DNA of 64,000 nucleotides from Gammaproteobacteria bacterium (GCA_965243395.1 CBDEUS010000001.1:928001-992000), one strand, 5' to 3'. Positions 29,215 to 38,746 are shown, counted from the first letter of the stretch. A program made the numbers and translations. Notes: generated by a model from the sequence alone, not told the origin.

Positions 29215-29406
29215 TCAGCTTTCATTAGGCGAAGCTTCCAGTGATGAATAAGATAACAATGAGTCAGAAGAGAAGGGTTCTATCATTAGATAACTATCCG
29301 TTTCATTTGACTTTTCCATGACTATCGTTGGAGTAGACGCGTAAACAGCGAACGCTAGTCCAATCACTGCTAAAAGCGTATACAGTTTCAATTCAATATT
29401 TTTCAT
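29215..29406 (-). CDS. small exported hypothetical protein (63 aa)
   Basis: MKNIELKLYTLLAVIGLAFAVYA signal-like N-terminus; sigma54 consensus just upstream. Confidence 0.6.
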   Translation of the reverse strand: MKNIELKLYTLLAVIGLAFAVYASTPTIVMEKSNETDSYLMIEPFSSDSLLSYSSLEASPNES

Positions 29407-29444
29407 TTCTTTCTGTCTCAATAAAAGATTTGTATTCACCGAAC

Positions 29445-29460
29445 AGCAATATACATGCCA
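29445..29460 (-). promoter_or_regulatory. sigma54 (-24/-12) promoter
   Basis: Minus strand TGGCATGTATATTGCT matches TGGCAY-N5-TTGCW with correct GG/GC spacing. Confidence 0.65.
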
Positions 29461-29573
29461 ATAATTACATCTTTATTATTCAGCATGTTTATTTAAAAAC
29501 TAGATATAAAATCACCCATCATGAGCCAGATTAGTGCAAAGTCGCACTAATTCTAGTCGTTCATGCTAATTAT

Positions 29574-30239
29574 TTAGGCTAGCGAATGCAGGTCAGACAG
29601 GGTTTTAATCTCGTGGTCCGCCTTAAAAGGAAGTTGCTCAGCTGTTCGGCCATAGCGATTAATCCAAACAGAATTGAAGCCGTAAGAGGCTGCACCTGCT
29701 ATATCCCACGAATTGGAAGATATAAAACAAATTTTGTTTCTTGGTAATGCAAGTTGTTCTTCTACAAATTCATACACTGCAGGGGAGGGCTTATAGCTGC
29801 GAACTTGTTCTGTTGAATACACACCGTCAAGCAAATTATCAATACCGGCATGCTTAAGAGCAGCGCTGAGGTTTTGTGGTGTTCCGTTTGACAACACCGC
29901 GGTTTGTACTTTGTTTTCTTTAAGGCGAGTAAGCACTTCTTTCACATCGGGGTAGCAAGCCAATTCAGAATGCGCTTCAAATATCTTTTTCTTAATGTCT
30001 TCATCTTCGACGCCATACACTGCGCAAGCAAAATCTAGTGCGTATTTACGAATTTTTTCGTAGCTTGTGTATTGATTCATCAAGCTTAGTTGCGAGGAAT
30101 ACTGTAAACGCTTTGAGCGCCAAAGCTTATAAACCACGAGTGCATTTTCACCCAATTCTTCTTTATATTCTTCAAAGGGTAAATACGTGTCTAATAAAGC
30201 GCCATAGGCGTTGAAAACATAAGCTTTAATTTTATTCAT
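29574..30239 (-). CDS. haloacid dehalogenase type II-like HAD protein with Asp-to-Asn in motif I
   Basis: FNAYGALLD (canonical FDAYGTLFD), WRSKRLQY, LSNG, YKPSPAVY, SSNSWDIAGA. Confidence 0.85.
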   Translation of the reverse strand: MNKIKAYVFNAYGALLDTYLPFEEYKEELGENALVVYKLWRSKRLQYSSQLSLMNQYTSYEKIRKYALDFACAVYGVEDEDIKKKIFEAHSELACYPDVKEVLTRLKENKVQTAVLSNGTPQNLSAALKHAGIDNLLDGVYSTEQVRSYKPSPAVYEFVEEQLALPRNKICFISSNSWDIAGAASYGFNSVWINRYGRTAEQLPFKADHEIKTLSDLHSLA

Positions 30240-30271
30240 ATCTGATATTTTAATAGTTTTGTTCGAAAAAT

Positions 30272-30311
30272 AAAAAAAGCCCCGATTAATAATTTTAAAT
30301 CGAGGCTTTTA
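30272..30311 (-). terminator. rho-independent terminator after the Met-rich gene 30381-30989
   Basis: AAAAGCCCCGATT...AATCGAGGCTTTT inverted repeat with A7 on the plus strand (U tail on minus). Confidence 0.7.
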
Positions 30312-30380
30312 ATAGGGGAGTCGTTCTACTCTAGTTCCTGAGAGTCAAAAACATCCCTTTTGCTTCCCAGCTTTTTGTTG

Positions 30381-30989
30381 TTACTTAGAAGGTGTTGCGT
30401 CTGCTACAACAGGGGCTATGTTGTACATACCTTCAAACATTTTCTGGAAACTTGTTGGATCCATCATCCATGATGTTGATTTTTCAACAAATTTTGGATC
30501 AGTAAATTGCGCATAGTATGCAGGATTCATGAATGCAGCCATGTAATTCATATAAAGCTGAGGATTCATGTATGTATTCATTGCAGATGTGTAGAACGCA
30601 GGATTCATCATAGCGGCAGTCCAGTTCATGTACATTTGTGGGTTCATAAATTGGGCTGAAGCGCTCATCCAAGATGCTGGATTGCTCATATAAGCCATGA
30701 TTTCATTGAATTGCTCTTGATCTAGACAAGTATTCATTGCTCGAAAAGGCACTTGTGGATCATTAAAAATGGCTAGAAACTCCATGAATTTTGCTGGGTC
30801 TGCCATTGTTGCTGCCATAACTTGTGGGTCTGTGTAAGCCTTTAACTTACAATCTTCAGTTTTGGCTACTGCATCATCTTGTTTAATAGTGTCAGTAGTT
30901 TCACCAAAGACAACAGTTGAGATGCTGATTAAAAGAACAACTGCTAGTGCAGCAAGCGAATATTTATAAGAAGTGATAAAGGATTTCAT
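30381..30989 (-). CDS. exported Met-rich protein with 13-aa MNPxxY repeats
   Basis: Signal peptide, two Cys, repeats FMNPQMYMNWTAA / MMNPAFYTSAMNT / YMNPQLYMNYMAA / FMNPAYY. Confidence 0.85.
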   Translation of the reverse strand: MKSFITSYKYSLAALAVVLLISISTVVFGETTDTIKQDDAVAKTEDCKLKAYTDPQVMAATMADPAKFMEFLAIFNDPQVPFRAMNTCLDQEQFNEIMAYMSNPASWMSASAQFMNPQMYMNWTAAMMNPAFYTSAMNTYMNPQLYMNYMAAFMNPAYYAQFTDPKFVEKSTSWMMDPTSFQKMFEGMYNIAPVVADATPSK

Positions 30990-31019
30990 TGGAACTTACC
31001 CCTGTTAATTAATAAATGT

Positions 31020-31051
31020 ATTAGAATATATTAATATAATATTATTCTAAT
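31020..31051. promoter_or_regulatory. palindromic putative operator upstream of Met-rich gene
   Basis: ATTAGAATA-N14-TATTCTAAT perfect 9-bp inverted repeat 30 bp before the start codon; AT-rich context lowers significance. Confidence 0.4.
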
Positions 31052-31289
31052 GCCACTAAAATATATTAATAAGAAGATAAGATCTAGAGATATATATATA
31101 TTTCAATAGTTTAAGCTAGAAAGAATTATTACCAAAGAAATAGCATCAAACCTGAAATGAGTATTAAAGCTCTAGTATTAGATAGATTATCCGTGAAAGT
31201 AATACTTACTTACATTAAAGCTGAATATAGGTGGGATACAGAAAATGGCATAAAGGCACGATAGAAGTGTAAGTAGCTTGATATATATA

Positions 31290-31317
31290 ACTTCGCATAA
31301 TATATATTATGTTAAAT
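31290..31317 (+). other. dif site (XerC/XerD chromosome dimer resolution)
   Basis: ACTTCGCATAA-TATATA-TTATGTTAAAT versus E. coli GGTGCGCATAA-TGTATA-TTATGTTAAAT; XerD arm identical; intergenic. Confidence 0.9.
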
Positions 31318-31571
31318 ATAATATATGTAAGTTATTCATATAGTTGAGGAAGATCCCTCCTGCTTTTAGTCAACAAATTCGCATTTATAGAGATACGCCA
31401 GCATACGCAGCCAGGTTTGGTCATAGTTAGGTGCGAATTATTCAATAAACGCCTCGGTTTACGTTTCACTCAGCGGGACCTAAAACTATACTGGATCGAT
31501 GACAACGCCTACGAGAATATGAGCGTTGGATGAATCGTATTATTCAATACAAGTTTGATTTTATATAAATA

Positions 31572-31907
31572 TTATTTACAAATTGTAGCAATTTTATTTA
31601 ATACCAATTTATATAAACCTTCTATTTCTCTACATTTTGCATAAATCTCTTCATCGTCAAATTCTTCTTCTGCTATATTTTTGTATTTAGCATTGAAAAT
31701 TGCTACTTCTTGATTATATTTCAAAAACTCATCAGAAGCTTCTTGTGCATCCATCAATATTAAATTAGTTTTTATTAAAGTAGGTAAATTATCATATTTT
31801 AAAAATTCAGTTATGCATTCACGATACTTCTGATATATAGTTTGTTTAACATCAGGATCTTCATCTTTGTCAACTTGATGTATACAAACATATTTAGACA
31901 TTTTCAC
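31572..31907 (-). CDS. hypothetical protein, very AT-rich, possible remnant
   Basis: 111-aa ORF with no recognised motif. Confidence 0.45.
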   Translation of the reverse strand: MKMSKYVCIHQVDKDEDPDVKQTIYQKYRECITEFLKYDNLPTLIKTNLILMDAQEASDEFLKYNQEVAIFNAKYKNIAEEEFDDEEIYAKCREIEGLYKLVLNKIATICK

Positions 31908-32272
31908 AAATAACTCATTTTGCTTTCTCTAATTACTTCCTTGAGTGAAGTCCCCATAAGCCAACCTGATTTTGAAAATACTATAGATTAAATAATAGTG
32001 CAGATAATTTATAATTATTGAGATGAAAGTTATAAAACGACTGAAAAATCGGTCTATCGAGAAATCTGAACAGACTTCAGGGTTTGCCTCATGGAGGCCT
32101 TCTTTACTTATTTGCGCTATACGCAAAATATGCCGAAATTTTCGTAAGCATAGCCTGCTTTATGATATATCTCTTACTTTAGCCTTATCTCCCTACCATT
32201 AGTTAACCATATCGCCACCAACCGTAGTTTCTGTATTAGGCTATAGAGCTTCTTCCCTGCTAAAGTTATTCA

Positions 32273-32911
32273 ATGCTGAGACTAATCTCTAAAAAGCTTT
32301 TTAAGCTCTTTATTCTCTTGTTTTTGGTTCTTGGTTTCCTGGTATTGGGAAATCTATATACATACCAAAGATTAACTTCAGAAAAGCCAATCGCTCAGCT
32401 AACTTTTACTCCTGTCAGTGAACAAGTCTTCGATGCAACACTAAGATTGGGCAATTTTTGCGAAGAAAACGTCTATCGAATCTATGGAGATGAATGGCGT
32501 ATTGATTCTCAATTTTTGAAATGGAAGTCCTGGGCGACACTATTTGGTTTAGACGCAATGTATCGAATTGATAGATTATCAGGTCGTTATACAAATATTA
32601 ATGATGAAAATTCAAAGACTCATAGTGCGCATAACTTAAAAACGGAATCCACGCTTGATCTAAGTAAGATTGCAGAGCGCTATCAAAACGAATTCCCTCC
32701 TGTAGATACCATTTATGGAAGCTCTGCATATCAAAAAATGAAGCCGAATATCTTATATACGGTTTTTGCCGCACAATCTGGAATTCTAATACGTGAAAAC
32801 GAATTAGATACTTCTTTAGAACCTAATACTTGTATTGATTCCAAATCAAAGTTGAAAGAGTATGTTGTAAGTCTAGATCAAAGGCTTGCTTCATTTATAC
32901 AATCAATATAA
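32273..32911 (+). CDS. membrane-anchored conserved hypothetical protein
   Basis: N-terminal TM helix, YQRLTSEKPIA, GDEWRIDSQFLKWK, YRIDRLSGRY, VDTIYGSS; function not assignable. Confidence 0.75.
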   Translation: MLRLISKKLFKLFILLFLVLGFLVLGNLYTYQRLTSEKPIAQLTFTPVSEQVFDATLRLGNFCEENVYRIYGDEWRIDSQFLKWKSWATLFGLDAMYRIDRLSGRYTNINDENSKTHSAHNLKTESTLDLSKIAERYQNEFPPVDTIYGSSAYQKMKPNILYTVFAAQSGILIRENELDTSLEPNTCIDSKSKLKEYVVSLDQRLASFIQSI

Positions 32912-33009
32912 TTCTCTTAACAAATTAACAGTATTTGTATAATAAATAGTTGAATGTATACTAAAGAAACTTCTACGTAGCTGCACTTGGTTGGGATCTG
33001 TGGGGACAT

Positions 33010-33486
33010 ATGGGGCTGTCTTTTAGAAAAGCATTGAATTCTGATTTTGATGCAGTAATTACCCTTTCAAAGGAAACGATCGATAAAAGCTATCGATATT
33101 GGTTAGGCGATCGAATAGTTAATCAATACTTAGCAACAGATAGTCTTGATAGACATATCAAAAATAATATCGAAAACGTATGGCTTGCCAGCGATGATAA
33201 CGAGATTATTGGTTTTGCGATTTGTATAGAAAACATAATCGAATTTATGCTTGTTGGTTATAATTATCAACGAAAAGGATATGGCTCACAGATTTTAGAA
33301 TTTTGTGAAAACATGCTTTTGCAAAAATATGAAACCATTGCACTTGAAAGTTTCGAAAAAAATACAAATGCAAATGCATTTTATAACTCGAACGAGTGGA
33401 AGATGGTAAACAAGTATATAGATACAAAATCATTGTCTACCAAACTAATTTTTTCCAAGAAAAAATCTGAAGGAATTTTAAACTAG
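33010..33486 (+). CDS. GNAT family N-acetyltransferase
   Basis: YQRKGYGSQIL acetyl-CoA motif A, NTNANAFY motif B. Confidence 0.85.
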   Translation: MGLSFRKALNSDFDAVITLSKETIDKSYRYWLGDRIVNQYLATDSLDRHIKNNIENVWLASDDNEIIGFAICIENIIEFMLVGYNYQRKGYGSQILEFCENMLLQKYETIALESFEKNTNANAFYNSNEWKMVNKYIDTKSLSTKLIFSKKKSEGILN

Positions 33487-33576
33487 TACTTATCTATAGC
33501 ATTAAAATCTATCCGCAGTATTCATAATCCTGACTAGTTAGATCATCAAATAAAAATTGAATTGCGATCTAAAAAG

Positions 33577-34884
33577 TCAAAACTTATAAATCGCTTGCAA
33601 ACTAAGGATATTTACATTCGGGTCTTCATACTCGCCTACCAAGTTACTTGTACCTGCTCCACTTGCTATTGGTGTTGATAGATCCACCTCGGCATCATCG
33701 ATTAATATGTGAGTGAACCCTACGTCTAATTGTAAATTTTCATTTGGATGATAGCTCGCACCAATGGCTAACCAATTACGGTCTTCATCAGGTATACGTG
33801 GCGTTCTAAATTCATCATTGGTTGGAGATTCGTCAAACATATATCCTGCACGAAACGTCCACTTATCAGAATAATAGTAATCAACGCCAATGTTTGCAGA
33901 GTAGGTATTTTCCCAATTCAGCTCCAATATTGAATCAGGTAATCCATCTGTCTTAATTACAATTTCTTGTAACCTATTCCAGCGTGTCCATCTAAAGCCA
34001 ATTGATAATCCCCATTTAGAAGAAAGTTCTTTATAAATACCTGCATGAATAGTTTCTGGCAAAGTTGCCCGGGCCGAAACATCCGCTGAAAAATTACCAC
34101 CCAGTGCTGGTACTCCCTCTATATCATTATCATCTCCATCTAATTTATGACTTATTTTTGATCTGAAACCAATTCCTGCGCGAAAAGTAGGATCAGGATG
34201 ATACATAAATCCAATATTCCAACCGTAACTCCAGTCATCACCTTTAACTTCAGTGAAGCCATCAGGCGCACCGGGTCCATTAGACAATGCTTGGCTTAAG
34301 GTTGCGTCTGCATACTCTGCCACTAAACCTGCTCCAACTGAGAATGAATCCGAAACCCTATAAGCTAACGAGGGATTAACGTTAACAGTGATTAATTCTG
34401 ATTCTTTAGCTTGATATCTACCCACCCAATCTCGGTCATAATCCGTTGCAAGCCCAAATGGTGAAGAAATTGAAAATCCATATTTAAGTCGATCTGTGAG
34501 ATCCATTGTAAAATAAAGGTTAGGCACAACAGCAAAAGTTGCACCATCATCATTTTCGCCGGTATTGGGAATAACAAGTGCCCCACCACCAAATACCGTA
34601 TTATTTGCTCCATCTTCAGCATCAAACCTAGATTTCCCATCTATTAGATAGCCAGAAACTTGAATTTGAGTACCCTTCTTTAAAGTCAATCCAGCCGGAT
34701 TATAAAAAGCATTAGATAGATCATCATTAATTACACCAAAGCCCGCAAAAGCACGACCCATACCCGTTCCACTCTGTTCACTAATTTGAAATCCTGCACC
34801 AAATGCAGTTGAAGAAAGCGTGCAGACAAGAACCGTAGCAAAATGAAGCTTTGCTTTAGACAATACTTGAGTTATGAATTTCAT
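33577..34884 (-). CDS. FadL/OmpP1/TodX family outer-membrane transporter
   Basis: AGFQISEQS, FYNPAGL, PFGLATDY, RTPRIPD, terminal Phe; start at ATG 34884 behind GGAGGAG. Confidence 0.92.
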   Translation of the reverse strand: MKFITQVLSKAKLHFATVLVCTLSSTAFGAGFQISEQSGTGMGRAFAGFGVINDDLSNAFYNPAGLTLKKGTQIQVSGYLIDGKSRFDAEDGANNTVFGGGALVIPNTGENDDGATFAVVPNLYFTMDLTDRLKYGFSISSPFGLATDYDRDWVGRYQAKESELITVNVNPSLAYRVSDSFSVGAGLVAEYADATLSQALSNGPGAPDGFTEVKGDDWSYGWNIGFMYHPDPTFRAGIGFRSKISHKLDGDDNDIEGVPALGGNFSADVSARATLPETIHAGIYKELSSKWGLSIGFRWTRWNRLQEIVIKTDGLPDSILELNWENTYSANIGVDYYYSDKWTFRAGYMFDESPTNDEFRTPRIPDEDRNWLAIGASYHPNENLQLDVGFTHILIDDAEVDLSTPIASGAGTSNLVGEYEDPNVNILSLQAIYKF

Positions 34885-35058
34885 ATACTCCTCCATTTGT
34901 ATAAGCTAAATACTTATTATTTGTTTGTGGCTAATTTAGCTATTTGCAGCATTGTAACAAAATCTGTCTGCCTACAGGGTTCTAAATTTTCAAAGCAATC
35001 AATCAGTTAAGGTGTAAACTACAGAATTTTTATATCTGTCCTATACGCAGCTCTTAAA

Positions 35059-35742
35059 ATGGATCAAATTTCATTCGTAGTCCCAGTATTGAATGAGCAG
35101 GATAACTTAATCAAGCAAGAAGCTTTATTTGTATCACTGCTTCAAGAAGGACATGAGATCATTATTGTGGATGGTGGAAGTACCGATAATTCTCTAGAAA
35201 TTGCAAAAAGTATTGGTTGCAATTGTGTCTCAACGGTAGCTTCACGAGGCCACCAGCAACATGCAGGTGCGAAAAATAGCTCTAATAATATTTTAGTATT
35301 TTTACATGCAGATACCTTTCTGCCTACACATGTAATAAAGAATATTTTTGGTGCTTTGGATCACCCCAAGATTCACTGGGGTCGTTTTAGCGTGTCTTTT
35401 TCTAACAAAAAATTAATATTCAAAATTATTGCTTGGCTAATGAATATACGTAGCTGCTTAACCGGAATTGTTACAGGAGACCATGTATTTTTTATCAAGC
35501 GTGAAACTTATTTCGAATGTGGAGGTTTTTCTGATATTCCAATCATGGAGGATGTCGAGCTTAGTAAAAGATTAAAAAAATACTCTAGACCCGTTTGTAT
35601 CAGATCAAAAGTAATCACGTCTAGCCGCAAATGGGAACAACATGGAGTACTAAAAACAATTGTTTTAATGTGGCGTTTGCGTTTGCTTTATTTCATTGGA
35701 GTGCCTGCTGAAACATTAGCAAACCAATATTACTCCAGATAA
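35059..35742 (+). CDS. GT2 glycosyltransferase, TIGR04283-like (arsenosugar-biosynthesis associated family)
   Basis: VPVLNE, VDGGSTD, FLHADT, TGDHVFF, IMEDVELSKRL, TSSRKW. Confidence 0.85.
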   Translation: MDQISFVVPVLNEQDNLIKQEALFVSLLQEGHEIIIVDGGSTDNSLEIAKSIGCNCVSTVASRGHQQHAGAKNSSNNILVFLHADTFLPTHVIKNIFGALDHPKIHWGRFSVSFSNKKLIFKIIAWLMNIRSCLTGIVTGDHVFFIKRETYFECGGFSDIPIMEDVELSKRLKKYSRPVCIRSKVITSSRKWEQHGVLKTIVLMWRLRLLYFIGVPAETLANQYYSR

Positions 35743-35746
35743 AAAA

Positions 35747-36376
35747 ATGAAATCAGAAAATATACTTATATATTTTTGCAAACATCCTGAACCAGGAATG
35801 GTGAAATCTAGGTTGGCAAAAGATTTAACAGAAAAAAAAGCAGCCAGGATTTATAAAATATTATTAAAATTTGTTCTACATAATACTCACCAAACAGGTA
35901 TAAAACATTATTTATACTGTTACCCTAATATAGACCACTCTTTGCTCAAGCAATACGGCAACGAATATGATCTCGAATTAAAAAATCAAGCAAATGGTGA
36001 TTTAGGAACTAAAATGTACCAAGCTATCAACGGGCATTTAAATGAAAATAAAAATGTTGTGTTGATCGGCACAGATTGCCTTGAGTTAGATATTAATTAT
36101 ATAAAGCAAGCCTTCAATTTATTAAATCAGGACAATGACTTGGTTTTAGGTCCAACAGAAGATGGTGGTTATGCGCTGATTGGTGCAAATAAAATTAAAA
36201 AAGAAATTTTTGAAAATATTTCCTGGAGCAGTAATTCTGTAATACTTGAAACCGAGCAGAGAATTTCAAAACTAGGTTGGAAACATATGCTCCTTCCGAG
36301 AGTTCGTGATCTAGATACAGTCGAAGATTATCGTTATTTTTCAACTCACAACAAATATAAACATCTATTCAACTAG
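35747..36376 (+). CDS. TIGR04282/DUF2064-like glycosyltransferase
   Basis: KHPEPGMVKSRL, GDLGTKM, LIGTDC, LGPTEDGGYALIG, DLDTVED. Confidence 0.87.
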   Translation: MKSENILIYFCKHPEPGMVKSRLAKDLTEKKAARIYKILLKFVLHNTHQTGIKHYLYCYPNIDHSLLKQYGNEYDLELKNQANGDLGTKMYQAINGHLNENKNVVLIGTDCLELDINYIKQAFNLLNQDNDLVLGPTEDGGYALIGANKIKKEIFENISWSSNSVILETEQRISKLGWKHMLLPRVRDLDTVEDYRYFSTHNKYKHLFN

Positions 36377-37361
36377 CCATTGCTATTTGTTCATGTTCTG
36401 TAACTACCTTCAGAGCTTGGTTAATAACTTCTAGCCCTGCATCCTGAGCATAAATATGCTCACTTAGATAACGTCGCCACGACCTTGCTCCTGGCATTCC
36501 ATTAAATAAACCAAAAATATGCTGGGCAAGGATTTTTAGAGGGATACCATTCTCAAGTTCTGATTGAATATAGCTTTTATATTCATCTAACACATCAGAA
36601 CGCGAGAGAGTGTTAGCCTTAGTATTAAAAATAAATTCATCTACTTCTGATAAAAAATACGGATTGTCATAAGCTTCTCGACCAACCATAACTCCGTCCA
36701 CATGCTGTAAGTGCTCTGATATAGCAGATTTTTCTCGAATTCCACCATTAATAATAAATTTTATCTCGGGTATTTCTTGTTTAAGTCGATACACGTAATC
36801 GTAATGTAGAGGTGGAATCGTTCTATTTTGTCTAGGAGTTAAGCCGGATAATACTGCTTTACGTGCATGCACAATTACCGTTTTGCAACCAGCGGATATA
36901 ACACTTTCTACAAATTTACCAAGAAATTCATAGCTATCTTGATGATCAACTCCAATTCTTGTTTTAACTGTAATTTCAATATTACTTACTTCCTTCATAG
37001 CACGTATACAATTCGCCACGGTTTTTGGTTCAAGCATTAAACATGCTCCAAATTTACCTGCTTGTACGCGATCACTTGGGCAACCTACATTAATATTTAC
37101 TTCATCAAAACCATATTCTTCGGCAAACTCCGTGCATTGCGCCATTTCAGCTGGATTACTTCCACCCAATTGTAATGCAACAGGATTTTCTTGTTCATGT
37201 AATCTCAGCCAACGATCACGATCACCGTAAATTAAAGCTCCTGTAGTAATCATTTCCGTATATAAAAAGCATTTCTTCGACATTAGGCGAGCAAGATAAC
37301 GATAGTGTCTATCTGTGCAGTGCAACATGGGCGCGACACAAAATCTATGCGAGTGAGTCAT
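36369..37361 (-). CDS. dusA: tRNA-dihydrouridine(20/20a) synthase
   Basis: VAPML..TDRHYR, LQLGGS, NVGCPSDRVQ, VHARKA, NRTIPPL. Confidence 0.94.
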   Translation of the reverse strand: MTHSHRFCVAPMLHCTDRHYRYLARLMSKKCFLYTEMITTGALIYGDRDRWLRLHEQENPVALQLGGSNPAEMAQCTEFAEEYGFDEVNINVGCPSDRVQAGKFGACLMLEPKTVANCIRAMKEVSNIEITVKTRIGVDHQDSYEFLGKFVESVISAGCKTVIVHARKAVLSGLTPRQNRTIPPLHYDYVYRLKQEIPEIKFIINGGIREKSAISEHLQHVDGVMVGREAYDNPYFLSEVDEFIFNTKANTLSRSDVLDEYKSYIQSELENGIPLKILAQHIFGLFNGMPGARSWRRYLSEHIYAQDAGLEVINQALKVVTEHEQIAMAS

Positions 37362-37369
37362 ATTTATTT

Positions 37370-38746
37370 TTATGAATAATGCTGCTGCAAGAATTCTAAA
37401 ACTGCCCGCAAGCCCATCGCTTCACCACCTTTTGGGCGACCTTCCCTAGCTCGTGTGTTCCATGCCATTACATCAAAATGAACCCACTTAATATCGACAG
37501 GAACAAATTCACTTAAAAATAACGCTGCAGTTATTGCACCACCATAACCACTAGCAGCAGAATTACAAATATCCGCGATATTGCTGTCTAACATATATCG
37601 ATATGGTTTGTGTAAAGGCAAGTACCAGATCGAATCTTGTGTAGATTCTGATGCTTTTGTGAGTTCATTAGCCAATAAGTCATCATTACTAAAAAAAGCA
37701 GGCACTTCTGTTCCCAAAGCAATTCTTGCCGCACCGGTTAATGTTGCAAAATCGATAATCAAATCAGGTTTGCCTTCTACAGCTTTTGTAATGGCATCAC
37801 ATAAAATCAACCGCCCTTCTGCATCCGTATTATCAATTTCAATGGTTTTTCCATTTCTTGAAGGCAAAACATCGCCTGGTCGAAACGCATCTCCTGAAAT
37901 CGCATTTTCTACAGCAGGAACTAAAACATGTAATTGAATCGGAATATTTAACTTCATTATGGCGTAAGCAAGACCTACAACATGTGCAGCTCCACCCATA
38001 TCTTTTTTCATCAATCGCATGCCTTGCGATGATTTAATATCCAAGCCTCCGCTATCAAATGAAACTCCTTTGCCAATTAAGCAAACTTTTGGATGTTTGG
38101 AATCGCCCCAATTAAACTCTATTAATCTTGGAGCATGTACACTGGCTCGGCCGACCGCATGTATGACAGGATAATTTTGATTTAATAAGTCATCCCCTAC
38201 AACTTCTGTTATTGACTGGTTAAATTCTTCAGCAATTGTTTTACATTCATTTGAAATATGTTGCGGCATCATATCGGCAGCAGGAGTATTTACCATATTT
38301 CGAACTGTTGTAATTGCTCGTGCTTGTGCCTCAATAAGATGAATATTTATTGATGAATCAACAAATAGTTTGCATGATCTGCTCTTGGATTTTTTATATT
38401 GACTAAACTGATAAGCGCCCAATATCCAACCCAGGTAAATTTTTTCGTCGTAATTTTGATTCGAAGAAATATGATAGTGACCCGGTGGTAATTGTTTGAC
38501 ACAGGATCCCAATGTCCAAGTAAGATCTTGTTCATCTGCAACGACTACAACACTATCCATAGTGCCTTGTGCATCAGGCACACATAACAATGCACTTCGC
38601 TTAGGTTTAAATTGTGCAGTTTCTATCCAATTTTGTAGCGCATCAGATTGAACTTTCTTCCATGTACTGAATTCAGACTTAAGTACGACATTAATTGGAA
38701 TACTGTTAGTATCCTCTTCAGTATAAAAAAACTCCGTCAAATCCAT
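37370..38746 (-). CDS. M17 leucyl aminopeptidase family protein
   Basis: GKGVSFDSGGLDIK, MKKDMGGAA, NTDAEGRL metal-binding motifs. Confidence 0.93.
   Translation of the reverse strand: MDLTEFFYTEEDTNSIPINVVLKSEFSTWKKVQSDALQNWIETAQFKPKRSALLCVPDAQGTMDSVVVVADEQDLTWTLGSCVKQLPPGHYHISSNQNYDEKIYLGWILGAYQFSQYKKSKSRSCKLFVDSSINIHLIEAQARAITTVRNMVNTPAADMMPQHISNECKTIAEEFNQSITEVVGDDLLNQNYPVIHAVGRASVHAPRLIEFNWGDSKHPKVCLIGKGVSFDSGGLDIKSSQGMRLMKKDMGGAAHVVGLAYAIMKLNIPIQLHVLVPAVENAISGDAFRPGDVLPSRNGKTIEIDNTDAEGRLILCDAITKAVEGKPDLIIDFATLTGAARIALGTEVPAFFSNDDLLANELTKASESTQDSIWYLPLHKPYRYMLDSNIADICNSAASGYGGAITAALFLSEFVPVDIKWVHFDVMAWNTRAREGRPKGGEAMGLRAVLEFLQQHYS

Noticed and set aside
31929-31931. TAG between in-frame ORFs as pyrrolysine or programmed read-through
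   Set aside because: No pyl genes or supporting context; upstream ORF looks non-coding, so decay or chance is more likely
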